The position numbers and the translations under genes are program-made. From Malacoraja senta (Eukaryota): a stretch of 64,000 bases of DNA. The stretch spans positions 558,001-622,000 of the forward strand of contig JAXLNO010000438.1 of assembly GCA_038087875.1 (NCBI GenBank), given 5' to 3'. Below the pieces are notes generated by a model. The model was not told where the DNA came from. It did not search any database and saw only the letters and a program-made list of their open reading frames with translations. Positions 11,656 through 24,070 of the stretch are shown here, piece after piece; the first letter of the stretch is position 1, and each line of letters starts with the position of its first letter.

Positions 11656-14125
11656 CCGAAAAGATTCTAGCAAGAAGACTGAATAATTATATTAATAAAT
11701 TGGTAAACCCGGATCAAACGGGATTTATACCCAAAAGACAATCATTTAATAACTTGAGAAGGCTTTTCAATATAATGTACTCTCACAAAGAGGACATTGA
11801 AGATATTTCAGTCGTTACGCTGGATGCAGAGAAGGCATTTGATCAGGTAGAATGGCAGTATTTATATAAGGTACTCGAAAAATTTAATACGGGAGAGAAT
11901 TTTATTAGATGGGTTAAACTACTTTATGATAAACCTACGGCAAGAATATTAACTAACAATATGTTATCTTCAAAATTTTATTTATCAAGGGGTAATAGGC
12001 AGGGTTGTGCCTTATCACCATTGCTATTTGCCCTTATGATAGAACCGCTGGCTGAAAGGATTAGAAATCATCCGAATATTCACGGATATAATACCAAGGA
12101 CTCAAAGAATAAAATTTAATTATATGCTGATGATATTCTTTTATATATTACTAATACACAAACGAGTATTCCCACCTTATTAACACTAATTGAGGAATTT
12201 GGTTCTTTTTCAGGATATAGAATAAATTGGAATAAAAGCGAAATCATGTCTTTAAAACCACAGGATGCGAGACACTTATTAAAATTCCCTTTCAAAATTG
12301 CAACAGAAAAATTCAAGTATTTAGGTATTCAAATTATGAGAAGACACAAATCATTATTTAGAGCCAATTTTATGCCACTATTAAATAAATTGAATGTTAT
12401 GATTAAATTTTGGAAAACGCTCCCACTCTCATTGATAGGTAGAATTAACGCTATAAAAATGACTTTCTTACCACAATTAATATATTTGTTTCAAGCGATC
12501 CCAATATATATTCCGAAATATTTTTTCAAAAAACTAGATTCTAATATCACTAATTTTATATGGGATTATAGAGCACACAGAATTCAACGAAAGCATTTGT
12601 GTAAACCTAAAGAAGCTGGGGGTTTATCACTACCTAACTTTACGTATTACTACTGGGCAGTGCATATTAAAAACATAATGTACTGGTTGGATAGTTCAAC
12701 TCACCAGTCGGAGTGGATAAGAATGGAAAAAGAGGAGTGTTTCCCGTACGATATAGGAACGATCTTGTTCTCACCAATAAAATTGAATAGTATAATATAT
12801 AAGAAGAACCCAATTATTCACAATACAATAAGAATTTGGAAACAAATAAAATTATCCTTGAAATTAAATAATCTATCAGTATTAACCCCAATTCTGAATA
12901 ATCCTGCATTCAAACCATCTCTTATCGATAAAACATATAAACAATGGGATAGATTGGGGATTAGGAAAGTAGGAGATATGTATGAACTGGGCAAATTGTT
13001 ATCATTTCAACAATTAAAATTAAAATTTAAACTGATTGATAATCAATATTTTAAATATATACAGATATGTGACTTTATGAAGAAATATATACATAGATTT
13101 CAAACTATATTTTTAGACCCTTTAGAAGAAGCAATGAATATTAAGGCTGATTCACAAAAACTAATATCATATTTTTATAATAGTATATTAAATAGAGAAT
13201 TACCCTCAACAGAGGCACTAAGAGAAGATTGGGAACATGAACTAATGATAAAGATCCCGAAAGATAGATGGGAAAAGTATCTGATGAATACACATAATTG
13301 TTCCATTAATGCAAGACATAATTTAATTCAATTTAAATTATTACATAGACTATATTATTCAAAAACGAGGTTGAATAAATTTTACCCAAATGTCTCTCCC
13401 AGATGCGATAAATGTTTGTTTCAAAATGCCAATATAACACATTCATTTGTAGGATGTACAAAGTTGAATACATTTTGGAGCGATATATTTGATATATTTA
13501 CAAAGCTCTTCAAGTCAAGAATAGAACCTAATATGGAATGGATTATATTTGGAATAATATTAGAAGATATCAATTTAAACAAAGACCAAAAAGTATTCTT
13601 TAATTATGGGTTAATAATTGGAAAGAAATTGATACTTAAATTTTGGAAAAATACAGCTATACCAACTATTAAAATGTGGATTGGGAATATGACGGACATA
13701 GCACACCTTGAAGAAATGGGACTCCGCCTAATAGATAAATATGACCAATTCTTAAGGAGTTGGTCCCCTTTCATCGACTTTTTGGAATCATGTGATGCAG
13801 CAGTACCGTAAAGATTACTGATTTCAGGTCAGGTCGTGGATAGATTTACATCTCCAAACAAAGATTTGAAAATTTCTTTTTTAAGGGTCTTTTTCTACTA
13901 TTTCTACTTTCTATTTTTTCTTTTCTTATATACACACTTCACGTTTTTCTATTTTCTACTATTTATTTTTCCTCTTTCTTTTCTCTATTTTTTTCTTTAT
14001 TTTTTTTTATTTTTTACCTCCTTTTCAAAAACATAAAACTAGAGGTTGTACATAGAATGCATTACGTTATGACATAGTATTGTTTTGTATTGTATTAACT
14101 TCTAATAAAATAAACAAACAAAAAA
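11656..14125 (+). mobile_element. 5'-truncated L1 LINE (ORF2 RT, C-terminal Cys-rich region, 3' UTR)
   Basis: DQTGFIP, LDAEKAFD, RQGCALSPLLF, YADD, FKYLGI and CDKC..H..C; ORFs 11700-12119 and 12246-13811 are one frame broken by a single TAA; T-rich UTR then AATAAA/A-tail. Confidence 0.95.
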
Positions 14126-14141
14126 ATATATATATATATAA

Positions 14142-14870
14142 TTATTTCACATATGTATTGCATTTTACCCACATGTTTAATTATATCCATTGGGATCCTT
14201 CCTCCCTAACCCCAGTAAACCTTCTATAAGATAGAATACTTGCAGTAGGAATGCAGGCATCCAGCAGAAGTGCGTGCACATACTTCATGGGATACGGGGA
14301 AAGGGGGAGTGTTTTCAGTCATCTTTAGAAAATATTGTTTTTATACAATGGCTAATGTAAAAAAATACTGCTTGAAAATAATTAAATAAATTGTATCCCT
14401 TCAAAGCTGGTGGTGTACACCCAAACTGAATTACATTATTACTGAAGAAGGACCTCGATCGTAAACGTCTCCTATTACTTCCTCCCAGTGATGCTGGCTG
14501 TCCTGCTGAGTTACTCCAGCATTTTGTGTCTATTTTCAGTGTAAACCAGCATCTGCAGTTCCTTCCTATACATTATGAACCTATTGTTATGGTCCTCTAA
14601 AAGTCAGAACAGCTGGAATTCATGACAGGGTTTCACATTTCCTTTGTCCCCTTTCATGATCTATGGGCATCACTTGACTTACCTGAATCCTTGGTCGAAC
14701 ATTCAGCACATCAGAAGACTCATACCAAAATTACCATGATTGAAGGGGCAACAATTTTTGGGGCCTGAATGTACCAGGTTAAATAATAGTTTGTCCAGTC
14801 ACAGTGATAACACAGTGCCACAAATACTTTGCCTGATATTGGCTAAGAGGACACATGCTATCACTCTGAT
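14142..14870 (-). repeat. right arm of inverted duplication (interrupted by insertion 14440-14568)
   Basis: Inverse of 10504-11110; both arms translate to DNTVxQILCxILAKxTxAITLI. Confidence 0.85.
14440..14568 (+). mobile_element. Penelope terminal-repeat insertion
   Basis: CTGAAGAAGG...GTTACTCCAGCATTTTGTGTC...CAGCATCTGCAGTTCC; TSD TACATTAT; absent from the left arm of the duplication. Confidence 0.8.
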
Positions 14871-15859
14871 ACAGGGACCGGATTCATTTTTGAAACCCGC
14901 GGATGCCATTGCCATGAAGTAATTCCCACGACACATGTCAATGAGGAATGCTGTTACCTCAGAGGTAGGAGATAAGCTTAAAAGTCTTTCACCATTGCCA
15001 TATCCTATTGATTGCTTAATCTGTAGTGTTGCTAGAATAGGACATGATGAAAACTGGACCCTCCACTTCTTTGCTCTCAAGAAAATATTTTCCCCTTCAT
15101 GGTGGATATTTTAGCACAGCTTTATTAAATTTGAGCCAAACATAACACAAAAGACAATATTACATTTTGTGCTGTGCAGATAGTTCCGCCCCTTGATCTT
15201 TAAACTTTTTTTTTGCTAGCGGCCATAAATCCAGCTTGAATGAAAGCATCTGGTGATGTCTCATTTTATCTCTTGCTGTAATAAAGCCAACAGCAGAATT
15301 CATGATCTGTTTATACCCAGAACAGCACTCAGCTCTTAAAGGAAACAGACTGCTTTTCCTGTCTATTGTAAGATTCTGCAGTTGAGACATATTTACATCC
15401 TAAATCTCTCATAGTCTACATGACTCCTTTCCCCTCCCCAATCTCCCAAACATCCAAGTTTCATTATTTTTTTTGAATAAAATCAACATTGCAGATATAA
15501 AGCTCTTGGAGACTCCCTTATAGTCTAAGCATTTCTAATCAAATATCACAAGATGGTTGTCACCAAACTTATAGAAAAATTAAAAGGCCTTGTAGAGCAT
15601 GCATTAACCTCAGCATGGCTAAATTCATGTGTTGAATATCGTATTTAAGTCACATTCACCATAAGTTTTGATCTTGAGGTACCTATCTTTAGGCTGGGAG
15701 ATACCTGTGATTAGGGGAATATATCTACATAGCATGAACTGCAGGGAAAATATAATGATCACACAAGAAAGAATTGAACCTAGAAAATCTGCAGATGCTG
15801 GAAATTTGAATTAAAATAGAAAGTGTTGGAAATCTGTAAGCATTTGTTTCACCTGGACA

Positions 15860-16860
15860 CCTATCTACAGAACATAGAACAGTATAATATAGGAACAGCC
15901 CTTTCGGCCCACCATGTCCGCACCAACCATGATCCCAAATTAACCACTCCAATTTGATAGTGCATGCTTTGTATTCTTCTGAACCCTGCCTGTTCATGGG
16001 TCAGTTAAAATGCCTCTGAAACATTGGTATCATATCTGCTTCTACCACCTTCCCTAGCAGTGGGCTTCAGGAACCTAGCAGTCTTGTCCCATATGTCTCC
16101 GTTAAATTTTCCACCTCTAACCTTAAACCTATGCCCTCCAGTATTTGACATTTCCACCCTGGGAAAAGGACTTTGACTATCTACCATATTAATGCCTTTT
16201 ATAATCTTATATATTTTTACCAGGTCACCTCCAAGCCTCCAACACTCCAGAGAAAACAGTTCAAGTTTGTCCAACCTCTCCTGATAGCTAATATGATCCA
16301 ATCCAGGCAACGTCTTGTTGAATCTCTTCCACGCCCTCTCCAAAGCCTCAGAATCCTTCATTCACTATGGCAACTTGAGCTGCACATAATGTTCCAAATG
16401 TGACGCAAACTAAATTTTATATAGCTGTAAAATTACTTGCTAACCATTATAGTCAGCACCCTGACCAATGAAAGCCAGGATACCATATGCCTTCTTTACC
16501 ATCCTATCCCCTTGTGTAGACACTTACAAAGAGTAGTGAACTTCCATCCCAATGTCCCTCTAAACATCAATGTTGGTAAGGGTCCTGCCATTTAATTTAT
16601 ATTTTCCTCTTGTATTTGACCTCCCAAAAAGTATCACCACAGACTTGCCCAGATCAAGCTGTCATTTCTCCACCCAAATTTCCACAAATCCATATCCTGC
16701 TTAATACTTCCACAATCTTCCTCATTATCCACAGCTCCACCAATTTCTGTGTTATCTGCAAACCTACTAATCAGACCACCTACATTCTCATTCAAATCAT
16801 TTATATGTATATTACAGACAACAGATGTCCCAGATTTGATCCTTGAGAAACATCACTTGT
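15860..16860 (-). mobile_element. old CR1 3' fragment
   Basis: Peptide LERAWKRFNKTLPGLDHISYQERLDKLELFSLECWRLGGDLVKIYKII...TGGHRFKVRG. Confidence 0.85.
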
Positions 16861-17693
16861 CACAAACATTTCCTTTGCTCTCTCAGCCCCACTCTATTTT
16901 CTGCAACAATTGGGAATATTTCCTGTACTTTTTTTTGTGATGTGAAAAATTGTTTTCATTTTCATTTTATAAGTAATCGTTCAACGCATGGCCATCTTAT
17001 GTTCCCATGTGCATATTCACATTTTTTAATCATTTTACAATGGTTTTTTAAAGTTTCAGTTACACGGTTATATTTGACACAGATCTCACTGAATAACAAT
17101 AAGGAGTTGGAGCTAAATATAAAGGAGGCATGTGTGATTAGCTCTTTTTTTTCTGAAACACTGGAAATGACTCACCTTTAATCATTCTGTTTTACTCAAA
17201 AAATGATTTAAAATGTGAAAATTGCTATCCAAATAACCATTACATAAATTCAGTTTACTAAATTCACCATTTCCGTGCTTTTTGTACATTATAGATAACT
17301 TTTTAATTTTAATTCATTATTAATGATAAATAATGAATGTTTTATAATGTAAACAGCTTTCTAGGGATGGAATACAAAGGATATTGAAAACATTTGTCAA
17401 CATAGCTAGCATAGTTTTCAGAGATACCTTAATATCATAGTTAAAAGTAACTTCAATCTCCAACACAAATCAAATTTACATGCAAACTAATATTGCACTT
17501 TCAGTAATAAAACCTTAGCCTGTTGCTAAAAATCCCTAAATTGAAAAATAAGAGGCTTAGTATACTGGTGGTACAGGGAACTACAGTAAAGAAAGCTTTG
17601 ACAACTGCACCGACTTTTAAAAGACAATGTGTTACACTGACAATTCTTCAGGGTATTTATTTCTTCTGTCAATTATCAATTTTTTTTTCTCAG

Positions 17694-17739
17694 TTTGATG
17701 AAATTGGCTTCTTGCGTTTGAAACCTTATATTAAATACA
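17694..17739 (+). CDS. candidate internal host exon (46 nt; FDEIGFLRLKPYIKY)
   Basis: Strong acceptor aatttttttttctcag and consensus donor gtaagt; only frame 0 is open. Confidence 0.5.
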
Positions 17740-18639
17740 GTAAGTATATAAAACGTATTTAATGTAAGGTTTATTTAGCAAGAAAACAATCTAGACTTTA
17801 TTAGAAAGAAAGCTTTTATTTTCAAACAAACCAAAATTAATTAAGCTCTAGTTGTTGCAAACATGCTTAAGAATTTAATAAGCAGGGAGATATAACTAAA
17901 ATATCTGAATTGCCTAGTTTCTGTCATTCATGAAGTTGTTACAAATTAGTTACTTAATGATTGTCTTAAGTTTGATTTCCATTTAAAAAACACAAGGCGT
18001 AAAAGAATTAAGAAAATCAAATAATATTTTGATTTCCAACGTATGCCAAAAACCAATTTCAGAATGAGGATCCTATCAGCTGTAAATGGGATGTATAGAC
18101 ATGCCTTCATTACTGCCGCACCCTTTGCTCTTCTCCCCCACTGTTAAAAACACAAGCCTGTTTTGTTCCCAAGTCAATTCTATTGAATATGCTGAAGGTA
18201 TTGGAATGGTGCCAAAGAACAATAACACTTCAGAAGAAAAATGAACTTTGAAATCACTCCCTTCTGTTGGATCATTCACTGTCTCACTTACTGGCAGTAA
18301 ACACACTCCTGGTGCAAGTCTTGAAAATATTATTCTGCCTGATCTTTAAGAGATAGATTTTGGAACAGTCTAACTCATAAAGGGATTAAAACGATTGTAA
18401 ATTCCAGACAACAAAATTCTGTGTTCAAAGGATATTGTTTGTTTCATTTTAGTCTAATCTGCAAGTCATTTAAAGGGTGATAGTGACCTATTGGGTATTT
18501 TATGGCCAGATTTAGTTTGTAAAGAACAGTTACTTAGAACAATATTTGTGTAGACTTGCCACATGACAAAAATAAGGGTTGTCAGCAAGAAGCAGATCTG
18601 AGAGGAAGAATCCTTTAACACAGGTCTTTGTTCCTATAG

Positions 18640-18882
18640 TGTAGGAAGGAACCGCAGATGCTGGTTTAAACCGAAGATAGACACAAAATGCTGGAGGAAC
18701 CTAGTGGGACTGGCAGCATCTCTGGAGAGAAGGAATAGGTGCCGTTTCGGGTCGAGACCCTTCTTCAGACTGGGTTGGGGATCTAACCAGTCTGAAGAAG
18801 GGTCTCGACCCGAAACGTTACCCATCCCTTCTCTCCAGAGATGCTGCCTGTCCCGCTGAGTTACTCCAGCATTTTGTGTCTA
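18640..18882. mobile_element. head-to-head pair of Penelope terminal repeats
   Basis: Minus copy 18640-18772 and plus copy 18788-18882; 15-bp TSD TCTTTGTTCCTATAG (18625-18639, 18883-18897). Confidence 0.9.
18789..18822 (+). ncRNA. minimal type I hammerhead ribozyme motif
   Basis: AGT-CTGAAGA-A-GGGT(CTCG)ACCC-GAAA-C-GTT-ACC: CUGANGA and GAAA core boxes, stem II hairpin, NUH triplet. Confidence 0.65.
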
Positions 18883-19153
18883 TCTTTGTTCCTATAGAGT
18901 GGGTTCACAATACAAGAGATTGCACTAATGAACATCCCTTAGTGGGGATGCAAACTTACTAACCAGACCACCTACATTCTAATTCAAATCATTTAGATGT
19001 CATTTATATCCACAATGTTAATGCTGATGCATTTGATTCATTTTACTCATAATTTTATTGGATTGTCTGTGAAGGAGTGACAGAAGAAACCTGGCACGAG
19101 GGTCTGTTCTCCAACGTATGTGGACTGTGGGAGTCTATATATATATTCCTCTC

Positions 19154-19196
19154 TGTTCTGCATTAGAAACTCTCGATTATATATATATATAATCGA
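19154..19196. repeat. left half of a short palindrome split by the CR1 insertion
   Basis: TGTTCTGCATTAGAAACTCTCGATTA(TA)n is the inverse of 22041-22083 (TA)nATCAGGAGTTTCTAATGCAGAACA. Confidence 0.75.
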
Positions 19197-19197
19197 G

Positions 19198-22040
19198 AGA
19201 TAGTTATTAATGAATATGATATAGTTGGGATCACGGAGACATGGCTCCAGGGTGACCAAGGCTGGGAGCTGAACATTCAGGATATTCAATATTCAGGAGG
19301 GATAGACAGAAAGGAAAAGGAGGCGGGGTAGCGTTGCTGGTTAGAGAGGAGATTAACGCAATAGAAAGGAAGGACATTAGCTTGGAGGATGTGGAATCGA
19401 TATGGGTAGAGCTGCGAAACACTAAGGGGCAGAAAACGCTAGTGGGAGTGGTGTACCGGCCACCTAACAGTAGTAGTGGAGTTGGGGATGGCATCAAACA
19501 GGAAATTAGAAATGCGTGCAACAAAGGTAAAACCATTATAATGGGTGACTTCAATCTACATATGGATTGGGTGAATCAAATTGGCAGGGGTGCTGAGGAT
19601 GAGAATTTCTTGGAATGTATGCGGGATAGTTTTCTAAATCAACATGTAGAAGAACCAACGAGAGAGCAGGCTATTCTAGACTGGGTATTGAGTAATGAGG
19701 AAGGGTTAGTTAGCAGTCTTGTTGTGCGTGGCCCCTTGGGCAAGAGTGACCATAATATGGTTGAGTTCTTCATTAGGATGGAGAGTGACATTGTTAATTC
19801 AGAAACAAAGGTCCTGAACTTAAAGAAAGGTGACTTTGAGGGTATGAGATGTGAATTGGCCAAGATAGACTGGCCAATGATTCTTAAAGGGTTGACGGTG
19901 GATATGCAATGGAAGGCATTTAAAAACTGCATGGATGAACTACAACAAGTGTTCATCCCAGTTGGGCAAAAAGAATAAATCAGGGAAGGTAGTGCATCCG
20001 TGGATAACAAGGGAAATCAGGGATAGTATCAAAACAAAAGAGGAAGCCTACAAATTAGCCAGAACAAGCAGCCTACCAGAGGACTGGGAGAAATTCAGAG
20101 TCCAGCAGAGGAGGACAAAAGGCTTAATTAGGAAAGGGAAAATAGATTATGAAAGAAAACTGGCAGGGAACATAAAAACTGACTGCAAAGGTTTTTATAG
20201 ATATGTCAAGAGGAAAAGATTAGTTAAAACAAATGTAGGTCCCTTGCAGTCAGAAACAGGCAAATTGATCATGGGGAACAAGGACATGGCAGACCAATTG
20301 AATAATTACTTTGGTTCTGTCTTCACTAAGGAAGACATAAATAATCTGCCGGAAATAGCAAGGGACCGGGGGTTAAATGAGATGGAGGAACTGAGTGAAA
20401 TCCAGGTTAGCCGGGAAGTGGTGTTAGGTAAATTGAATGGATTAAAGGCCGATAAATCCCCAGGGCCGGATAAGTTGCATGCCAGAGTACTTAAGGAAGT
20501 AGCCGCAGAAATAGTGGATGCATTAGTGATAATTTTTCAAAACTCTTTAGATTCTGGAGTAGTTCCTGAGGACTGGAGGGTAGCTAATGTAACCCCACTT
20601 TATTAAAAAGGGAGGGAGAGAGAAAACGGGGAATTACAGACCAGTTAGTCTAACATCGGTGGTGGAGAAAATTCTGGAGTCAGTTATTAAAGATGGGATA
20701 TCAGCACATTTGGAAAGTGGTGAGTTCATTGGACAAAGTCAGCATGGATTTATGAAAGGTAAATCATGTCTGACGAATCTTATAGAATTTTTCGAGGATG
20801 TAACTAGTAGAGTGGATAAGGGAGAACCAGTGGATGTGTTATATCTGGACTTTCAGAAGGCTTTCGACAAGGTCCCACATAAGAGATTAGCATACAAACT
20901 TAAAGCACATGGTATTGGGGGTTCAGTATTGATGTTGATAGAGAACTGGCTGGCAGACAGGAAGCAAAGAGTAGGAGTAAACGGGTCCTTTTCAGAATGG
21001 CAGGCAGCGACTATTGGGGTACCGCAAGGCTCAGTGCTGGGACCCCAGCTATTTACAATATATATTAATGAACTGGATGAGGGAATTGAATGCAACATCT
21101 TCAAGTTTGCGGTTGACACGAAGCTGGGGGGCAGTGTTAGCTGTGAGGAGGATGCTTGGAGGCTGCAAGGTGACTTGGATAGGTTGCGTGAGTGGGCAAA
21201 GGCATGGCAGATGCAGTATAATGTGGATGTATGTGAGGTTATCCACTTTGGTGGCAAAAACAGGAAAGTAGACTATTATCTGAATGGTGGCCGATTAGGA
21301 AAAGGGAAGATGCAACGAGACCTGGGTGTCATGGTACACCAGTCATTGAAAGTAGGAATGCAGGTGCAGCAGGCAGTGAAGAAAGCAAATGGTATGTTAG
21401 CATTCATAGCAAAAGGATTTGAGTATAAGAGCAGGGAGGTTCTACTGCAGTTGTACAGGGTCTTGGTGAGACCACACCTGGAGTATTGCGTACAGTTTTG
21501 ATCTCCTAATCTGAGGAAAGGCATTCTTGTCATAGAGGGAGTACAGAGAAGGTTCACCAGACTGATTCCTGGGATGGCAGGACTTTCATATGAGGAAAGA
21601 CTGGATAGACTCGGCTTGTACACGTTGGAATTCAGAAGACTGAGGGGGGATCTTATAGAAACTTACAAAATTCTTAAGGGGTTGGACAGGCTAGATGCAG
21701 GAAGATTATTCCCGATGTTAGGGAAGTCCAGAACTAGGGATCACAGTTTAAGGATAAGAGGGAAGACTTTTAGGACCGAGATGTGGAAATCATTTTTTAC
21801 ACAGAGAGTGGTGAATCTGTGGAATTCTCTGCCACAGAAGGTAGTTGAGGCCAGTTCATTGCTATATTTAAGTGGGAGTTAGATGTGGCCCTTGTGGCTA
21901 AAGGGATCAGGGGGTATGGAGAGAAGGCAGGGATGGGATACTGAGTTGGATGATCAGCCATGATCATATCAAATGGCGGTGCAGGCTCGAAGGGCTGAAT
22001 GGCCTACTCCTGCACCTATTTTCTATGTTTCTATGTTTCT
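19198..22040 (+). mobile_element. 5'-truncated CR1 LINE (most of ORF2, APE-RT), pseudogenised
   Basis: VYRPP, MGDFN, SDHN endonuclease motifs; [29 protein letters not shown] motifs; frameshifts/stops; 3' tail (CTATGTTT)n. Confidence 0.95.
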
Positions 22041-22988
22041 ATATATATATATATATATAATCAGGAGTTTCTAATGCAGAACATGGTAGAAAAAGCAACG
22101 ACAATATTAATTTTATGTACATATATTTTGGCCTCCCTCAATCCCTATAACAGATAATATGTGTGCCTTAGAAGTGTGAATTGCCTTCCAGTTTTCTCTT
22201 TAGTATTTTCTGCCTGGCGAAACCAAAGGGCTCAGCAGTAATATGCATGGTTGTATTTTTTTTCCATTGAATTCTTCAATTTTATGTAACATCCCCCTCC
22301 TGCTTCCCTCTTCCCCTTGGTGTGCACCCATTTATTCCACTACACCATCCCACTTACACCCCACCCCTTCAAGCTGTATGGATCCCTCTGCCTTTCCATT
22401 TCACTCCTCTTCTCTCCTTATCTGAGTCTGAAGAATGGTGCTGATCCAAAAATGACGCCCATCTATTCCTTCCACTGAGGCCTTCTAATCATTCAAGTTA
22501 CTCCATCACTGTGTTTTACTCGAGATTCTCTCATTTGCAGTTCCCTGTGTCTCTCTTTTTTTCTTTAATGTTTGCAATACATCTTACGTATTGTGGGAAA
22601 TTATAATATTTTACAACATTTCTTATCAATTACCATTATTTGTGAACCACAATAGGAATGTTGACTTTTTGGACAGCGAGACAATGGACAAATTTGCTCA
22701 CATACAATCCAAACAAGTTATTTTACTAGCTTCAACCATATTTAACTAACATTATATATTATAACTTTATCTTGTGGATATATAAATTCTAAAGAAGAAA
22801 CTAGAAGTCAGGCACAAAGATTATCTGTGCTGGGAATTAGTGAGGATGAAAATGTACATAAAATTAATTCTAACAACTGCTTCTTCCTCTCCAATCGGCA
22901 CTAGAGACCCCATTCCACTCTGTCATGGAATGGAATGATTATCTTTCGATGTCTTAATTAAATACACAGACATCCATACTTCACAAAA

Positions 22989-24070
22989 GGACCATTTCCG
23001 TCACTTCCCTACATCTGGACCATTTCCGACACTTCCCTACCATTTCTTGACCTCACTATCTCCATCGGAGATAATAGACTTCTGACCGACATCCACTATA
23101 AACCCGCTGACTCCCATGGCTATATAGACTACACTTCTTCCCACCCTGCTTCCTGTAAGGACTCCATCCCCTACTCCCAATTCCTCCGTCTACGCCGCAT
23201 CTGCTCCCAGAATGAGGTGTTCCATACCAGGGCATCGGAAATGTCCTCATTCTTCCCCTACTATAGATTCCCCTCCCCTATAGGTTCCCCTCCCCTACTA
23301 TAGATAAGGCTCTCACCAGATTCTCTTCAATACCCCATAACACTGCTCTCTCTCCCCATCCCCCCACTCGTAACAAGGGCAGAGTCCCCCTAGTCCTCAC
23401 CTTTCACCCCACTAGCCGTCACATACAACAAATAGTCCGTCATTTTCGCCACCTCCAACGTGACCCCACCACTCACCACATCTTCCCATCTCCCCCCCCG
23501 TCTGCTTTCCGCAAAGACCGCTCCCTCCGTAACTCCCTAGTCAATTCTTCCCTTCCACCCGCACCACCCCCTCCCCGGGCACTTTCCCTTGCAACCGCAA
23601 GAGATGCTACACTTGTCGTTTTTTCTCCCCCCTCGACTTCATTCAAGGACCCAAGCAGTCGTTCCAGGTGCGACAGAGGTTCACCTGCATCTCCTCCAAC
23701 CTCATCTATTGCATCCGCTTCTCTAGATGTCAGCTGATCTACATCGGTGAGACCAAGCGGAGGCTTGGCGCTCGTTTCGCCGAACACCTCCGCTCGGTCC
23801 GCATTAACCAACCTGATCTCCCTGTGGCTCAGCACTTCAACTCCCCCTCCCATTCCGAATCCGACCTTTCTGTCCTGGGCCTCCTCCATGGCCTTTCTGC
23901 CCTGGGCCTCCTCCATGGCCCCCACCCCACCCTACATCAGCCTGAAGAAGGGTTTCGGCCCGAAACGTTGCCTATTTCCTTCGCCCCATAGATGCTGCTG
24001 CACCCGCTGAGTTTCTCCAGCACTTTTGTCTACCTTCGATTTTCCAGCATCTGCAGTTCCTTCTTAAACA
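22989..24070 (+). mobile_element. 5'-truncated Penelope-like element (RT thumb, GIY-YIG endonuclease, terminal repeat)
   Basis: PFLDLTISI, TDIHYKP, SSHPASCKDSIPYSQFLRLRRIC; ORF 23668-23991 NLIYCIR..RCQLIYIGETKRRL..RFAEH..PVAQHFN; followed by the ~130-bp terminal repeat. Confidence 0.92.
23939..23972 (+). ncRNA. minimal hammerhead ribozyme motif in Penelope terminal repeat
   Basis: AGC-CTGAAGA-A-GGGT(TTCG)GCCC-GAAA-C-GTT-GCC. Confidence 0.65.

Noticed and set aside
19231..21623. Minus-strand ORFs over CR1 copies (also 35360-37284, 45981-47269)
   Set aside because: Antisense shadows of CR1 ORF2, repeated in each copy
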